NCBI GenBank assembly: GCA_951406725.2
Contig: OX597831.1
Coordinates: 62,992,001-63,056,000 of the forward strand
Direction of reading: 5' to 3'
Length of the DNA stretch: 64,000 nucleotides
Source of the DNA: Octopus vulgaris
Taxonomy: Eukaryota
Positions 24,736 to 38,051 of this stretch are shown in pieces. The number at the start of each line of letters is the position of its first letter. Within the stretch, counting starts at the first letter, position 1. Below the pieces are notes generated by a model. The model had not been told where the DNA came from, made no database searches, and saw only the letters and a list, made by a program, of their open reading frames with translations. The translations under genes and the position numbers were made by a program.

Positions 24736-24738
<3 letters not shown>
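24190..24738. mobile_element. Non-coding ~550-bp insertion in a (TTA)n tract (probable non-autonomous retroelement)
   Basis: Sharp boundaries with (TTA)n on both sides, no ORF, adjacent to an R4/Dong-like fragment; single copy in this window. Confidence 0.45.
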
Positions 24739-24774
<36 letters not shown>

Positions 24775-24791
24775 CATTATTATTATTGTTG

Positions 24792-24829
<38 letters not shown>

Positions 24830-24896
24830 GTCATTATTATTATTATTATTATTATCATTATTATTATTGTTGTTGTTGTTATTATTATCATTATTA

Positions 24897-24933
<37 letters not shown>

Positions 24934-24956
24934 TATTATTGTTATTATTATTATCA

Positions 24957-24988
<32 letters not shown>

Positions 24989-24989
24989 T

Positions 24990-25431
24990 TTCAGTAGTTT
25001 TATATTTATAGCGTGCTTTCACTTCACTACCGAGCGCAGCTCTGTGTGCCTTGGGTATGTGCTGTGATTTGTTGTGATGCTCTGATGGTTATTGTATGGA
25101 AAGTGTTCTGCGTAGGATGTGTGCGGTGCCTAGAAGTGCAATTTTCTGTATGTTATATATGTTTGTAAGTCCTGGTGTTTTTGTTATGTATTTGTCTGAA
25201 TATTTTTTTATCATGCCTAATGCACCTACTATGATAGGAATTGTTTCTGTTTTTAGATTCCACATTCTGGTTACCTCTATTTCCAGGTCTTTGTATTTTG
25301 AGAGTTTCTTCATTTCTTTTAGAGACACGTTGTCATCTGCCGGTATTGATGTATCAATTAGAAAGCATTTTTTTTCTTCATGATCTCTGACAACTATATC
25401 TGGTCTGTTGGCCTTAATTTCTCTATCTGTG

Positions 25432-25434
<3 letters not shown>
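24990..25434 (-). mobile_element. R4/Dong-like non-LTR retrotransposon, 5'-truncated 3' end (restriction-like endonuclease)
   Basis: TDREIKANRPDIVVRDHEEKKCFLIDTSIPADDNVSLKEMKKLSKYKDL...IPIIVGALG...QKIALLGTAHILRR; (TTA)n on both flanks. Confidence 0.85.
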
Positions 25435-25480
<46 letters not shown>

Positions 25481-25483
<3 letters not shown>

Positions 25484-25770
25484 GCCTGTGTCCGAGCAAA
25501 GCATTGCGAGTGGATTTCGTACAGAGAAGCTAAAAGATTGTCGTATATGTGTATATATTTGTGTATGTGTGTCTGTGATTGTTCCTCCACCATGCTTGAC
25601 AACCCACGTTATTGTGTTTACGTTCCCATAACTTAGCGGTTCGGCAAAACAATCCTGATAGAATAAGTGGTAGGCTAACAAAAAAATAATAAATCCTGTG
25701 TTCGATTTGTTCCACCAAAGGCAGTGCTCTAGCATGGCCGCAGTCACATGACTGAAACAAGTAAAAAAAC
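25481..25770 (+). mobile_element. SINE family A, 3' portion
   Basis: Diverged match to 1560-1900. Confidence 0.75.
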
Positions 25771-25820
25771 TAAAAGCCATGTCATTTTAATCCCGAGCAA
25801 TGCCGGGTATGTCTGCTAGC

Positions 25821-25859
<39 letters not shown>

Positions 25860-26683
25860 AAAGTAGAAGTAAAGAAGTGAAAATCTACGGATGTGCATCA
25901 ATCATAGCAGAGGTATAATCCCATATCATATGAAATAGTATTAATGATTTCCATTCAACATGAAAATGTCCTGTGATTTATGATTCTCAATTAGATAACT
26001 TCACTTGCTGGATGAATATATACTTAATTAGACCGTTCTTCTGTTTCATTTAGTCTGCTTCTTGTGTTCTGGGTTGGTAACTTCTCGTTGATTGCACCCA
26101 ATACGAGTACAACAGCTAGCAAGAGAGAATGTGAGGGAGATTTCAAATCCTATATACTCAAAGAAATTATTATACACTTACAGACACACACGCACAATCA
26201 CGACCACCCATCCACCCACAAACACAATCTTTCACATACGTATACACATATACGCTTATGTGCATGGGTGTATGTGTATGTGTGCCTGTGTGTGACTGTG
26301 TGCAAACGTGTGTTTATTATGTAAAGAATTTGGCAGGCTACTCTGCGCTTCGCCCCGATCCTGGCTGTTCATTGACGGTAGGTGAATAAGGTGCTTGCGG
26401 CTTTTGTATGACTTTATGTGTGAATGTATAATTGATCTGAAAAATATCTTCGAATGTTAATTTAAAGGTGTAGGTTCATTTAGGCTGGGAAATATCCTAC
26501 TCGTTTGTATCGTGTATCGCTATCTTAGGGTTTAATTATAGTTTATTATATTGACATTCGTATAGGTTTAATCTTTTAGAGGGAATTTAAATTTGGGGGT
26601 TGGTCTTTGTTTCGGTTTAGGTGAAAAAAGTATTAAGGGTTAAAAGTTAGAGGCATATAAAATCAACTAATATCAACTAATAT

Positions 26684-26768
26684 GCCGTTTCGGGGCCTAC
26701 CTCTCGACGGCATCAGTGAGGGGGGCCGGTGCGCATTGATGTCGTCGAGAGGTAGGCCCCGAAACGGC
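26684..26768. repeat. GC-rich 35-bp inverted repeat with 15-nt spacer
   Basis: gccgtttcggggcctacctctcgacggcatcagtg / cattgatgtcgtcgagaggtaggccccgaaacggc (2 mismatches). Confidence 0.85.
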
Positions 26769-27244
26769 GCGCATTCGCTGCTGATGACCCCATACACTTG
26801 CTGGCTTCCGGTATGCGGAGTTTTTGACTGGCGCAAGTTGTTTGCAAGACATATAAAACGTGCAAATGCTTTATGCATCCCATGATTATCGTTAACAATA
26901 GACTAGATCGGCGCCATACTTTGCTCGCATCATCTATATCAGGCCGTATTTCTCTTCAGGGCTTATCCACATAAGCGGGCGTCACTGCTTCTAGGGGTCG
27001 GGATTCTGTTGATACACAGCGATACACCACCATCTTTAGAAGAGTTGCCGCAAGATATTAACCGGGATGGAAACGTGGCCACATATTCACTTTGAAAAGC
27101 GGGTTTTGGGAGAGGGTAAAGTATTACGTGGATTTCGCTGCCATGCCAGTAAAAATATTCCCTAAGCAAGGAGTTGAACCCATCAATTTGTCGTCGTCGG
27201 ATTTTGTTGCTGTTCTTGCTTCTGCTGCTTTTGTTTGTTTGCTT

Positions 27245-27457
27245 TTTTGTTGAGCGAAGCGGTGTTCGTCCCATGTCTGTAGTGGGAGAAGTTCGAAACA
27301 TGGTCCTTTGCTATTTGTAAGACCCGCAGAAGAGAAAGCAGGTCAACTCCCGACACCGAGAACATCGATGGATGGATGAATGCGCATCCAGGCTCAGCTG
27401 TTGCATAAGAAGTCGGGGACAAGAAACATGAAGAAAGAGTGAGAGAAAGAGTACAAC
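27245..27457 (-). mobile_element. SINE family C, tail T2 (5'-truncated)
   Basis: Reverse complement of about 38870-39095. Confidence 0.8.
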
Positions 27458-27526
27458 AACAACAACAACAACAACAACAAAAACAATAATAATAATAATA
27501 ATAATAGTAATAATAATAATAATAAT

Positions 27527-27601
<75 letters not shown>

Positions 27602-28603
27602 TTATCTTTCGAATGCAGGTAAAAGGACAGCGATTTTAAGGAGTCGCCAATGATGTGGAACTTGTGCCCAAATTTGAAACCAATATTAATGCTCTATGTG
27701 ACTACCTCTGGAGCTTTTTCAGTCTCACAACATAGGGAATGCGCAATTGAAGCCGAGTCATGAGCCAGGTTATGGGGATATATATAGTATTGCAGTATAT
27801 CCCAAGGTTGGCCATTCAATACAGTGACTAACAACCTGTCAGCTTTGGGCAGCGTAACCTGACAGGTCATGTTCGATGTCGTAACCAGTGTTTAGCTATA
27901 TGCTGTATTAATTCATATTCCACTGCAGTTTACACATATTTAGTTGGCAGCAGCATTTAAGTACAAATTTTGTGCTTCAGCTATTAAATTTGTGTCATCA
28001 GCATGAGAAATAAAACAAAATGTTGATATTTATATTTTTTAATTTAATTTTGAAATATTCTAGTCAGACTATTGAGCTTAAACCAAAATTTTTTTTATAG
28101 GTGACTTTCAGTGTTTATGTGTGAGAAGGTGCATAATCTGGCCAAGAGAAGAATGAAATAGCATACCGCGTTTTATATTCCGAGTGCATTTTAGGATATA
28201 AAACAAGTTAGAGCAATTTAATCCTGTATATATATATAAGGAGAGGAAGCGTTTTGTAAGTTGATGCATTTTTAAACCTACGTGTTTAAGGTAGTGGAGA
28301 GTATAATTCAAACACAAGCAGAATCGTTTCAGTTAGAGAAACAAATAAGTAAAATGTTTGAATTCTACTTATTTATATACACTTGTGAACTGCAATAGAA
28401 GTTTATAAAGCATAAATATCAGATGAAAAAATTGGAATTGAAATCACTTTTATTGATGCTTAGAAAAAACCACTTTAAAATCCATCAACTGATGCATGGT
28501 GCAATACTTTATAAATATTTCTTATTGTATTAAGTTAATGTAATTTTTCTTTTGATGAAATGTACCAAACATTTGAATAAGGTAAAAACAATATAGCTAT
28601 ATA

Positions 28604-28839
28604 CACTAACCCCTCGCTATATCGCGGTTCACCTGTCACGCTTTACCTACCGTGGTTTATTATTTAAGCCTACGTCGATTCCTCCGTGGTGTTGTTTAGC
28701 ATTTGTGATAAAATAAATATATAAAATTATAAAAATGTTTAAAAAGAAACATGCAATATAGCACTATTTCTACTTCGCGGATTTTCACCTATCGCGGGTA
28801 TTTTAGAACGTAACACTCGCGATAGTCGAAGGATTAGTG
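28604..28839. mobile_element. Tigger/pogo-like MITE
   Basis: TA-cactaacccctcgctatatcgcg ... cgcgatagtcgaaggattagtg-TA. Confidence 0.75.
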
Positions 28840-29345
28840 TAAATCAGTTTAATGTCATATAAGTAGGTGCAAGTGAATACAGATAAAGTTTTAAAATATT
28901 GGAATTGGACTAAACTTTATACACCTGCGAATAAAACTACATAAGACAAGTGATGTAAATATTAATCTATCTGTAAAATTAAATGTACTCTCTTTCCGAG
29001 TAAACAATCTACATTCAATTGCATCAACAAATTCGGGTTTAACGTATTTTCGCAGCTATAAATCATAAATCTTTCTCAATACATACGCGATAATTTTATT
29101 TTGTAGAAATCGAGAAACAAATGGCTTAGATCAATAAGAATTAATATCATCTTACGTAATCTGAGTTGAAAATAAAATATTTTTCAGTTAAATATAACTG
29201 AAAATAAATGTATTAAAATATGTGTAGCTTAAATTGCTTTGAAATAGGCATATATCGAGCTCTTTGCTACAAACAAGCAAAAAGAATTAAATTTTGTTAC
29301 ATTTTGCAAAATGTTTAACAATTTATAGAATCTATTAATTGTTAA

Positions 29346-29493
29346 CCCTTCGGCATTCACATTATTCTGTCAAAAGTAATGCCTATTTATTCACTTTGTT
29401 TTGAATTGATTATGCCTTATTTTATAGCTTTGAGATTTGTTTATTTTCAAAATGACATTGAGGCTGAACCTAGCAATTTTCCCTGCTAAAGAG
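29346..29493. mobile_element. piggyBac-like MITE
   Basis: TTAA-cccttcggca ... tgctaaagag-TTAA. Confidence 0.6.
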
Positions 29494-29728
29494 TTAAACC
29501 TAAATTACAATCACTTGCATGTTTATATGTAACTTAGGCCGAATCAAATACATTTTATTGTCTCGTGACTGAAAAATATTCTGCTTGTATTCACTCTATA
29601 AATCCAACAGCTAGAAACAGGCTCGTAAACCCTATATGAATTATATATGTATTTTAACATACTTTTTTTTTAGTTAGACCACGTAGCACTCTGTGAATAC
29701 ATATTGTTCCAAGGTATTGAACCTATTG

Positions 29729-29955
29729 GGCGAGCTGGCAGAAACGTCAGCACAACGGGGAAATGCGTAGCCGTATTTCGTCTGCCGTTACGTTCCGAGT
29801 TCAAATTCCGCTGAGCTCGACTTTGTCTTTCATCCTTTCGAGGTCGATAAATTAAGTACTAGTTACGCATAGGGGTCGATATAATCGGCTTAATCCGTTT
29901 ATTTGTCCTTGTTTGTCCCCTCTGTGTTTAGCCCCTTGTTGGTAGTAGAGAAATA
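29729..29955 (+). mobile_element. SINE family B
   Basis: Co-linear with 6876-7106. Confidence 0.9.
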
Positions 29956-32059
29956 TATATGAATTATATATGTATTTTAACATACTTTTCTTGAGTTAAA
30001 CTACATAGCACTCTGGTATTCACCTATTGAATGCTTTCATAAAATAATGCAATAACAAACATTAAATCTCATAAAATATTTATAACATACTTCTGTGTGT
30101 GTGTGTGTGTGCATGTATGTGCGTGAGACTGTATGTGTATGTGCCTATTTGTTCGAATCTCTTGTATAATTCAAGGCATAGCACGTGAAAGAAATCAAAC
30201 AAACGGCTTCTGTTGCTATCGAATCCAGTAAGTAGTTCGACAAAACACTCGGCTCACGAACCACTCCCGTATATTTGAAGCTTGACAATAAAAACATGAG
30301 ATTCAACTAAATTTCAAAGAGAGTCTTTCTAATATTTTATCTGTTGTCTTAGGAATCTACATTAAGCTAATCTATAGTACGTCTAACACGTATATTTGAC
30401 CTACGGATTTAAGATAGCCTCTTGTAAGTTAGCTTATCTTCGATGTCGAGATTAATTGGAGAAATGTACAAGTCAGCCATGCAGTATACAAATTACTCTA
30501 AATTTGATGTTTTAATATTCCGCCCTATATTTTTCCTTTAGTATATATCTCTTTATGTTCCTGACTTCCTCTCTCTCTCTCTTTCTCCGAGTATATATAT
30601 ATATATGCTTCTTGTTTATACACCTGTCTTCGTCTTTTGTTTTTCTGTAAATATTAAATATATAGATGTGTGTGTGTATGTATGTGTAAATATATATATA
30701 TGTGTGCGTGTGTGTGTGTGTGTGTATGCATGTATGTATGTATATATGCATGTATGTACATATGTATGTATGTATGTATGCACGTATGTATGTATATATG
30801 CATGTATGTACGTATGTATGTATATATGCATGTATGTACATATGTATGTATGTATGTACATATGTATGTATGTATGTATGTAAGCATGTATGTATGTATG
30901 TATGTATGTATGTATGTATGTATGTATTTATGTATGTATGTACGTATGTATGGATTATGTATGTATGTATGTATGTATGTATGTATGTATGTATGTACGT
31001 ATGTATAAGACGAAACTTTGCTGTCTCGGAATACGCTAAACCATTGAGAGATTGACACAATAATATAAACAAAGTGGCATTTTAAAAGTAATCACTGATC
31101 TTTTGCTTCTCTTACATTTAATACATGATACTGATTAAGAATAATTATTTTCCAACACAGACATGTCAGCTTATCTTGTTTATTTTGTACGTCTATTAAA
31201 CTTAGGTTTGTTTGCAATCGTCTACATTACAGGTTATCTTCAAAATCGAATTAGAAATATGTTTGATATGTCAATCTCACTATATATATTAACTGCACGA
31301 TTTCATTTCTAACAATGAGAGGTGACCGACGTCACAGAAAGCAATTTTCTTCGTGTATTTATTCAGATAGTGGAAATATGATCAAGTTATTAAACCGTAC
31401 TCTAATTTATAACAAATCTGAAAGACTGAGCATGGTTACTCGACCTTGTATTACTGAGGTGGGGAGAGGTTAGTCAATTATGCCGACCTCAGTTACTCGT
31501 AAGTACTTATTTTATCGACCACGAAACAATGTAAGCAGAATCTGAACTCAGAGCGCAAGCCGGAATAAATGCTGCTAAATATTTGGTCCGGCGAGCTACC
31601 AACTCTTGCAGCTCACAGCCTTCGATCTCCTATAGTTAACAGCTAAATCTTCTTTATGTCACACCCTACTGTCTGAGGTTAGAGATTTTGGATAATAATA
31701 GATCAATACTGCTTGACAAAAAAAAAAAAAAACAGGATATATCCTTTAAATCGAATGTTTGCGTATACACGTATATGCTATTTCTATATTTGTGCCACGA
31801 TGTCGTAGCAACCTAGAAGCCGTTTAAATAACATTTGAACGTTTCCTTTTCCATTATTTTTTATCGGAAAAAAAAAACATCAAGTTATTTTATAGTTTTG
31901 ACTTATTGATATTTACTACTAGTATGAGGAAATAAATGATCGTAAGTAGCGAATATACTATATTAGGTAGGAAGTTCATGCAAGACCAATATCATAAATA
32001 AAGCAGTAGTAACAGTAGCAGCAGCAAAGACAGCGGCAGTGGCAGCAGCAGCAGCAGCA

Positions 32060-32305
32060 GTGGAGGTGCAATGACCCAGTGGTTAGGGCAGCGGACTCGC
32101 GGTCGGAGGATCGCGGTTTCGATTCCCAGACCGGGCGTTGTGTGTGTTTATTGAGCGAAAACACCTAAAGCTCCACGAGGATCCAGCATGGGGTGGTGGC
32201 GACCCCTGTTGTACTCTTTGGCTCCAACTTTCTCTCACTCTTTCTTCCTTTTCGGACTTCTCCCATCTTGCGAGCTCTGGAGCAAAGACTGTTCATTCGA
32301 CAGCA
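32060..32305 (+). mobile_element. tRNA-derived SINE family C with internally deleted tail T2
   Basis: gtggaggtgcaatgacccagtggttagggcagcggactcgcgg...ggtttcgattccc head; lies in a CAG/TAG-repeat context. Confidence 0.85.
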
Positions 32306-32352
32306 ATAGCAATGGCAGCAGCAGCGGCAGCAGCTGCAGCAGCAGCAGTAGC

Positions 32353-32423
<71 letters not shown>

Positions 32424-33115
32424 GTGACGAAAGAGGAGGAGGTGGTGGTGGTGGTGGTGGTGCTTTTGCTGCTGTTGTTGCTGTTGTTAAGCAACAAGGC
32501 GGGAAAGGATGATTTGGTGATGGTCTAGGGCTTAGTGGCGGGAGAACCCCAGACCTTGGGGGAAAAAAGAAACTTTGGTCGTCTTGTTGTAGTCGAGGGC
32601 TCTTCGTTGACGCGCTACACCACTGGGAAGTGGCCATCGAAGTCGATGGAAATGGAGATCTCCAGGTCCAAATTCTTGAACGGTTGTTGCTGCTGCTACT
32701 GCTGCTGTTTTCCACTAAATTGGTGCAATCCAGTCATTTCAATCGTGGAGACTATGAAACATCAATTTCATACCGGAAGTATTTTAAATCAGGAACTAAA
32801 AGAATTGACATAAATGTAAAGCATATAATCCAGTTATCCACAAATTCAAGCATACACAGGTATACCAAAACATATTATCATTTAAAACATTAGAATGGGG
32901 CTACACATTTCGAATTCCTGAATGCAGTGGAGCGAATCTATTGTCCCAAGTACATTTTAAGCCAGAGCCAAGGAATCTGAAATCAAATCTGTTGACAATC
33001 GGTGTTGGTATGTTTACGTCCCAATAACTTAACGGTTCGACAAAAGTGAACGATAGAATAAGAATCAAGCTTAATAATAAATAAATAAATACTGGGCTTA
33101 ATTCGTTCGACTAAA

Positions 33116-33146
<31 letters not shown>

Positions 33147-34300
33147 GATATAGATATATGCATATATACATATATGTGCATACCTACATATATATTTATA
33201 TATACATGCATATATGGGTACAGAACATCTAAAAAACTTGGAACACAATGAGAAACGAAAACATAAAAATAAAAACATAGAAACAAACTTTTTTGTATAT
33301 GTATGTATGTATGTATATAATGTACAAGTTTTTCAACGAAATGTTTAAATAGACTTCCTTATATTATTTTGAAGAGAGCGGGTGAAGTCTTACTTTAAAT
33401 TTTATCATTTGATCGATTTGGTGTGAAAGAGATTCGACGTCAATAGGAGACGCATTTCTAAGATTTAGAACTTAGCTTTTGTCACACGATCCTATATATT
33501 ATTCAATAGCTACCTGGTTATTGTTGTAACAGTCGATCATCGATTTGTAGAAACGAAACAGAAAAAAAATAAAATAAAATAAAATAGTAAAAACATAATT
33601 TCCATTTTATTTTAGAGTCCGCAATGAAACGATGAGTATTTCTTTACATCCACTAAATAGCTATGCTGTCCCTCTCGCTTTTATTCTCGTTTCACTGTTC
33701 GAAATCTTAAACAAAGAAAATTGCTTTTCCTTGTTGCATTTTCTAAGATTTCCTGGAAATAATTGCAATCCTAATGTATATTTTCTTTAAATTACACGTT
33801 TTATTCCTCGGCAAGATAACAAAGAGCATATAAAAATCTTCTTTCTTATTATGTATCTACCACTTAACAGGTTAAGATGAATTCGATTTCATTTTATGTC
33901 CCTTCCACATTTCTTTTATGCTGACAGTTTTACAATTATTTTTTTCCCAAATATCTCTAATATTTCAAATAAAGCCTAGAAAACTGAATTCTGCTTTTTT
34001 TTTTATTTTAGCTGATGTTGCAAACGCAATATTCCGTGGAGACTCAGATCATCAATATGCGCAATGGGCTAATATTCTAACATTGCATATCTTTTATGTG
34101 CCAAGTATATATTTTTCAAAAATATATTCAAAACGTCTTGTGAAATATGTGAGTAATGACGTACAACTGCATTCTGCATGGTAGTATTTGGTAATTTTGA
34201 CTTATATTTCAAACCTTTATACCACCTGCCTACTTAATCGTCTGTTATCTTCCCATTTGCATGAAATTTTTTGTCGCATACACACGCTCTCTCTCTCTCT

Positions 34301-34707
34301 CTCTTTACTCTTTTACTTGTTTCAGTCATTTGACTGCGGCCATGCTAGAGCACCGCCTTTAATTGAGCAACTCGACCCCGGGACTTATTCTTTTGTAAGC
34401 CCAGTACTTATTCTATCGGTCTCTTTTGCCGAACCGCTAGATAACGGGAACATAAACACACCAGAATCGGTTGTCATGCAATGCTAGGGGGACAAACACA
34501 GACACACAAACACACACACGCATATATATATATATACATATATACGACGGGCTTCTTTCAGTTTCCGTCTACCAAATCCACTCACAAGGCTTTGGTCGGC
34601 CCGAGGCTATAGTAGAAGACACACATGCTCAAGGTGCCACGCAGTGGGACTGAACCCGGGACCATGTGGTTGGTAAACAAGCTACTTACCACACAGCCAC
34701 TCCTGCG
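34301..34707 (-). mobile_element. SINE family A, full length
   Basis: Reverse complement of 1466-1915. Confidence 0.9.
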
Positions 34708-35539
34708 CTCTCCTATTTCTCTCTATCTCTCTCTGTGTATGCATACACACACACACTCACACACGCACGCACACAGAGCACACGTTTTTATTATTTGTTT
34801 GCAATTTACTTAATCTTCGGTGTATAATTATTTTAATTTTGATATTTCTATTATATGTAATTTTCTAGATGGTGTAAGGTGGCTTTTTCTAATTTTTATA
34901 TATATATATATTATATTTTGTCAAATTTGATTTAGTATTTCTAAATTGAATTTTTCCCTGTAAGTTAGGAATAATATTCCCTCAAATAATTATTATATAT
35001 ATATATGTAGTTTGGCTTCAAAACATGCAAACAGCTACCGCATAACAGACATGAAAAATTTTGACGATGCTCTTTTAAACATCTTAAAAGAAATTAGGTA
35101 TTCGGCAAAGCAGCTTCCAAAGTAAGTTGAATGAGAATTTAATATACGTAGGCAAATCAGATAAGTTGCATGCTTCTTCTGATAAACAAGAAATATACAT
35201 AGAGTAGGTGTTAGCAGATATGAAAGTCTTCTATCTATATAATGAAGAACTTGGCTCACAATATTTGTATACGGGCATCCTCGTTATCTGCTGATGAATG
35301 TGCTTTTATGGGTACAACAGAACATCATAATAAGGCGCTTGTATATAGTCGATTCTCTGAACAGATTACACTGGGAGTACATATAGTAAGAATAGAAACT
35401 AGGAAAGGAATTTTCTATGGTACAACCCAGTATTTAGCCTAGCAGTAAAAACTAATATAGCTACATCATTTTCGGCGTGGGGGGGGCATAATTCAAGGAG
35501 AAGGAGTGGTACAGTTTGGAGAGATCCGTTAGATATTCA

Positions 35540-35830
35540 GTAACATCTCCTTAGCTTACCGGATTCTGGAATGATGTATGAGCCGTACTACACTTCTTAT
35601 AAACTCTTGCAAATTAAGTTTCACTCAGCCCGGCAAAACTTTCCAAACTCCTTTAGCATAAACTCCAAACCAAGAATCCTGATTTCTACTCATTAATTCT
35701 CTCATCACTTCCATTGACCCTCTCCAATTGCTTTAACTTTGATTAGAAACTCACTACACACTCCTAATCAACCGTTCCGCTCAGTCACCTTCACTTGGAA
35801 GTGCCCACTGAACTGCTTCTCAATTACTTA
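35540..35830 (-). pseudogene. Old LINE (RTE-X-like) reverse transcriptase remnant
   Basis: FSGHFQVKVTERNG (S..F.V.VG.RQG) and KEFGKFC-like motifs with many stops. Confidence 0.35.
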
Positions 35831-36110
35831 AATAATTCCATTTCTTTTCTTAATGCTGCTCTTTGCTTTTGGTATTCAGGACACTAAGCAGGCCTTAACC
35901 TTACCAACGTTTTACTTGCTCGACTTCAACCTCAGAACGCTTATTTTCCATGGTCCTGAAATTCCTATAGACAGACATCCACGACGGATGCTTAGCAATA
36001 CCATTACGCACAGCCTACCCGAACTTATACATTCTTCATCGGATTTGTTTATTTATTATTCATAATACAAAATTTACTTAGTTACGGTTGACTCTGTTTA
36101 GTAACTTATT

Positions 36111-36492
36111 GTGGAGACGCAATGGCCCAGTGGTTAGGGCAGCGGACTCGCGGTCGTAGGATCGCGGTTTCGATTCCCAGAACGGGCATTGTGAGTGTTT
36201 ATTGAGCGAAAACACATAAAGCTTCACAAGGCTCCTGCAGGGGGTGGTGGTGAACCCTGCTGTACTCTTTCACCACAACTTTCTCTCACTCTTACTTCCT
36301 GTTTCTGTTGTACCTGTATTTCAAAGGGCCAGCCTTGTCACACTCTGTGTCACGCTGAATTTCCTCGAGAACTACGTTAAGGGTACACGTGTCTGTGGAA
36401 TGCTCAGCCACTTGCACGTTAATTCCACGAGCAAGCTGTTCCGTTGATCGTATCAGCTGGGACCCTCATCGTCGTAACCGACGGAGTGCTCC
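36111..36492 (+). mobile_element. SINE family C, full length, tail T1
   Basis: tRNA-like head with A and B boxes; TSD-like tagtaactta at 36099-36108 and 36496-36505. Confidence 0.9.
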
Positions 36493-37236
36493 TACTAGTA
36501 ACTTACTACAAATTAATTTACATTTGACTTCACTAAGAACATTGTTTTGGTAAATCTTCAGGTTTGGATCACTTTCTTCAACACTGCTCCACTAAAAACA
36601 ATACAGCTAACGGGAATATGACTGTTTAGCGTTAAAACAGTTCTTTATTTTCTATAAGAGTTAAAACTGAAATTAGCTCAATGCATCATAATTCAATATT
36701 GTCTCGGTTACTTTAATGCACAATGTTGTTAAGAAAACAAACTTCTTTATACAGATATCATATTCAAAATTGGTCGTTGTTAGCTTTAAGCTTGTATTTA
36801 CATCAAGAAAACATTACATATTGACTAACTGCCAACTGCCAAGGATTTAAATATGTTATCAAAGTTATTCTCGTAAATCTTTCGCTTGTAGAAATCAATA
36901 ATTTTCTCGTTAGATGTAGATAGACAATTATAATTCAAATCGTTTATTTATTTCGGTAGTCTTAATTACTCCATTGTAAAGCTGAAATTAAATAATTGAA
37001 TATATCGGTTTCCTATTTTGACCTCGATGTGGTTAAATTTGCAGAGTTGTCATATAATTTTGGAAACTGTTTCAAAATTTATGTGCTCAAAAACTTGTTT
37101 AAAGATGTCTAAAGATGTTTTAAAGATTTTATATCTATATTTTACATTGGCTTTCTGAAAAGAATCAGTGTATTGCTATGCTGATGAGAGAATTTAAGAG
37201 CCATCATAACTAACAATGATATACTTCCTTGTGTGG

Positions 37237-37293
<57 letters not shown>

Positions 37294-37325
37294 CATATAT
37301 TATATATATTATATATAAATATATA

Positions 37326-37361
<36 letters not shown>

Positions 37362-37551
37362 TGTATGTATGTATGTATATATGCTTGTATATAACAAATG
37401 AAATACTTTTCTCGTCGCTGGATTATATGTTTATATATGTATGTATATAATAATTATTATCTGAGGGAATAAAATCCAAACTTACAAGGAAAAAGAATTC
37501 AATTTAGAAATACTAAATCAAATTCCACACGATATAATATATATATATATA

Positions 37552-38009
37552 TAAAATATTAGAAAAAAAAAAACACCTTTTATCAATTCAAAATGAATAA
37601 TTAAATTACACCATCAAGAAAATAACATATGATAGAAAAGTTAACATTCAAATAACAATAAAAGTAAAGATTATATAAATTACAAATATAATATAATGTA
37701 TATATGCTGTTGTGTGATGCAACTATTGTAAACAGCGAAGATGTTTCCTTTCTATTGTCAATCAATCCGCAAATACACCGTAATCAACAGCGCAGAGATT
37801 GATTGACAATAGGAAGAAATATATTCGCTGTTTACTATGGTTGCATCACACAACAGCATATATACATTATATTATTTTTGTGATTTACATAATGTTTACT
37901 TTTATTGTTATTTGAACGTTAACTTTTCTATCATATGTAATTTTCTAGAAGGTGTAATTTGATTATTCATTTTGAATTGATAAAAGGTGGGGTTTTTTCT
38001 AATATTTTA
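37552..38009. repeat. Long imperfect palindrome (~210-bp arms, 29-bp spacer)
   Basis: 37552-37767 is the reverse complement of 37797-38009; further partial copies at 38621-38713 and ~34840-34995. Confidence 0.85.
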
Positions 38010-38015
38010 AATATG

Positions 38016-38051
<36 letters not shown>

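Noticed and set aside
27275-27312. GAAAC-ATG-GTC half-hammerhead in SINE C tail T2 (antisense)
   Set aside because: No CUGAnGA equivalent in either T2 copy.
30512-31072. Long low-complexity ORFs (IHTY/MYVC, YIYI, poly-I/L/T/S) here and throughout
   Set aside because: Translations of (TATG)n, (TA)n, (CA)n and trinucleotide microsatellites.
36111-36185. tRNA genes at SINE heads (families A-D)
   Set aside because: A and B boxes are present but no complete cloverleaf or terminator; each continues into a SINE body with TSDs.
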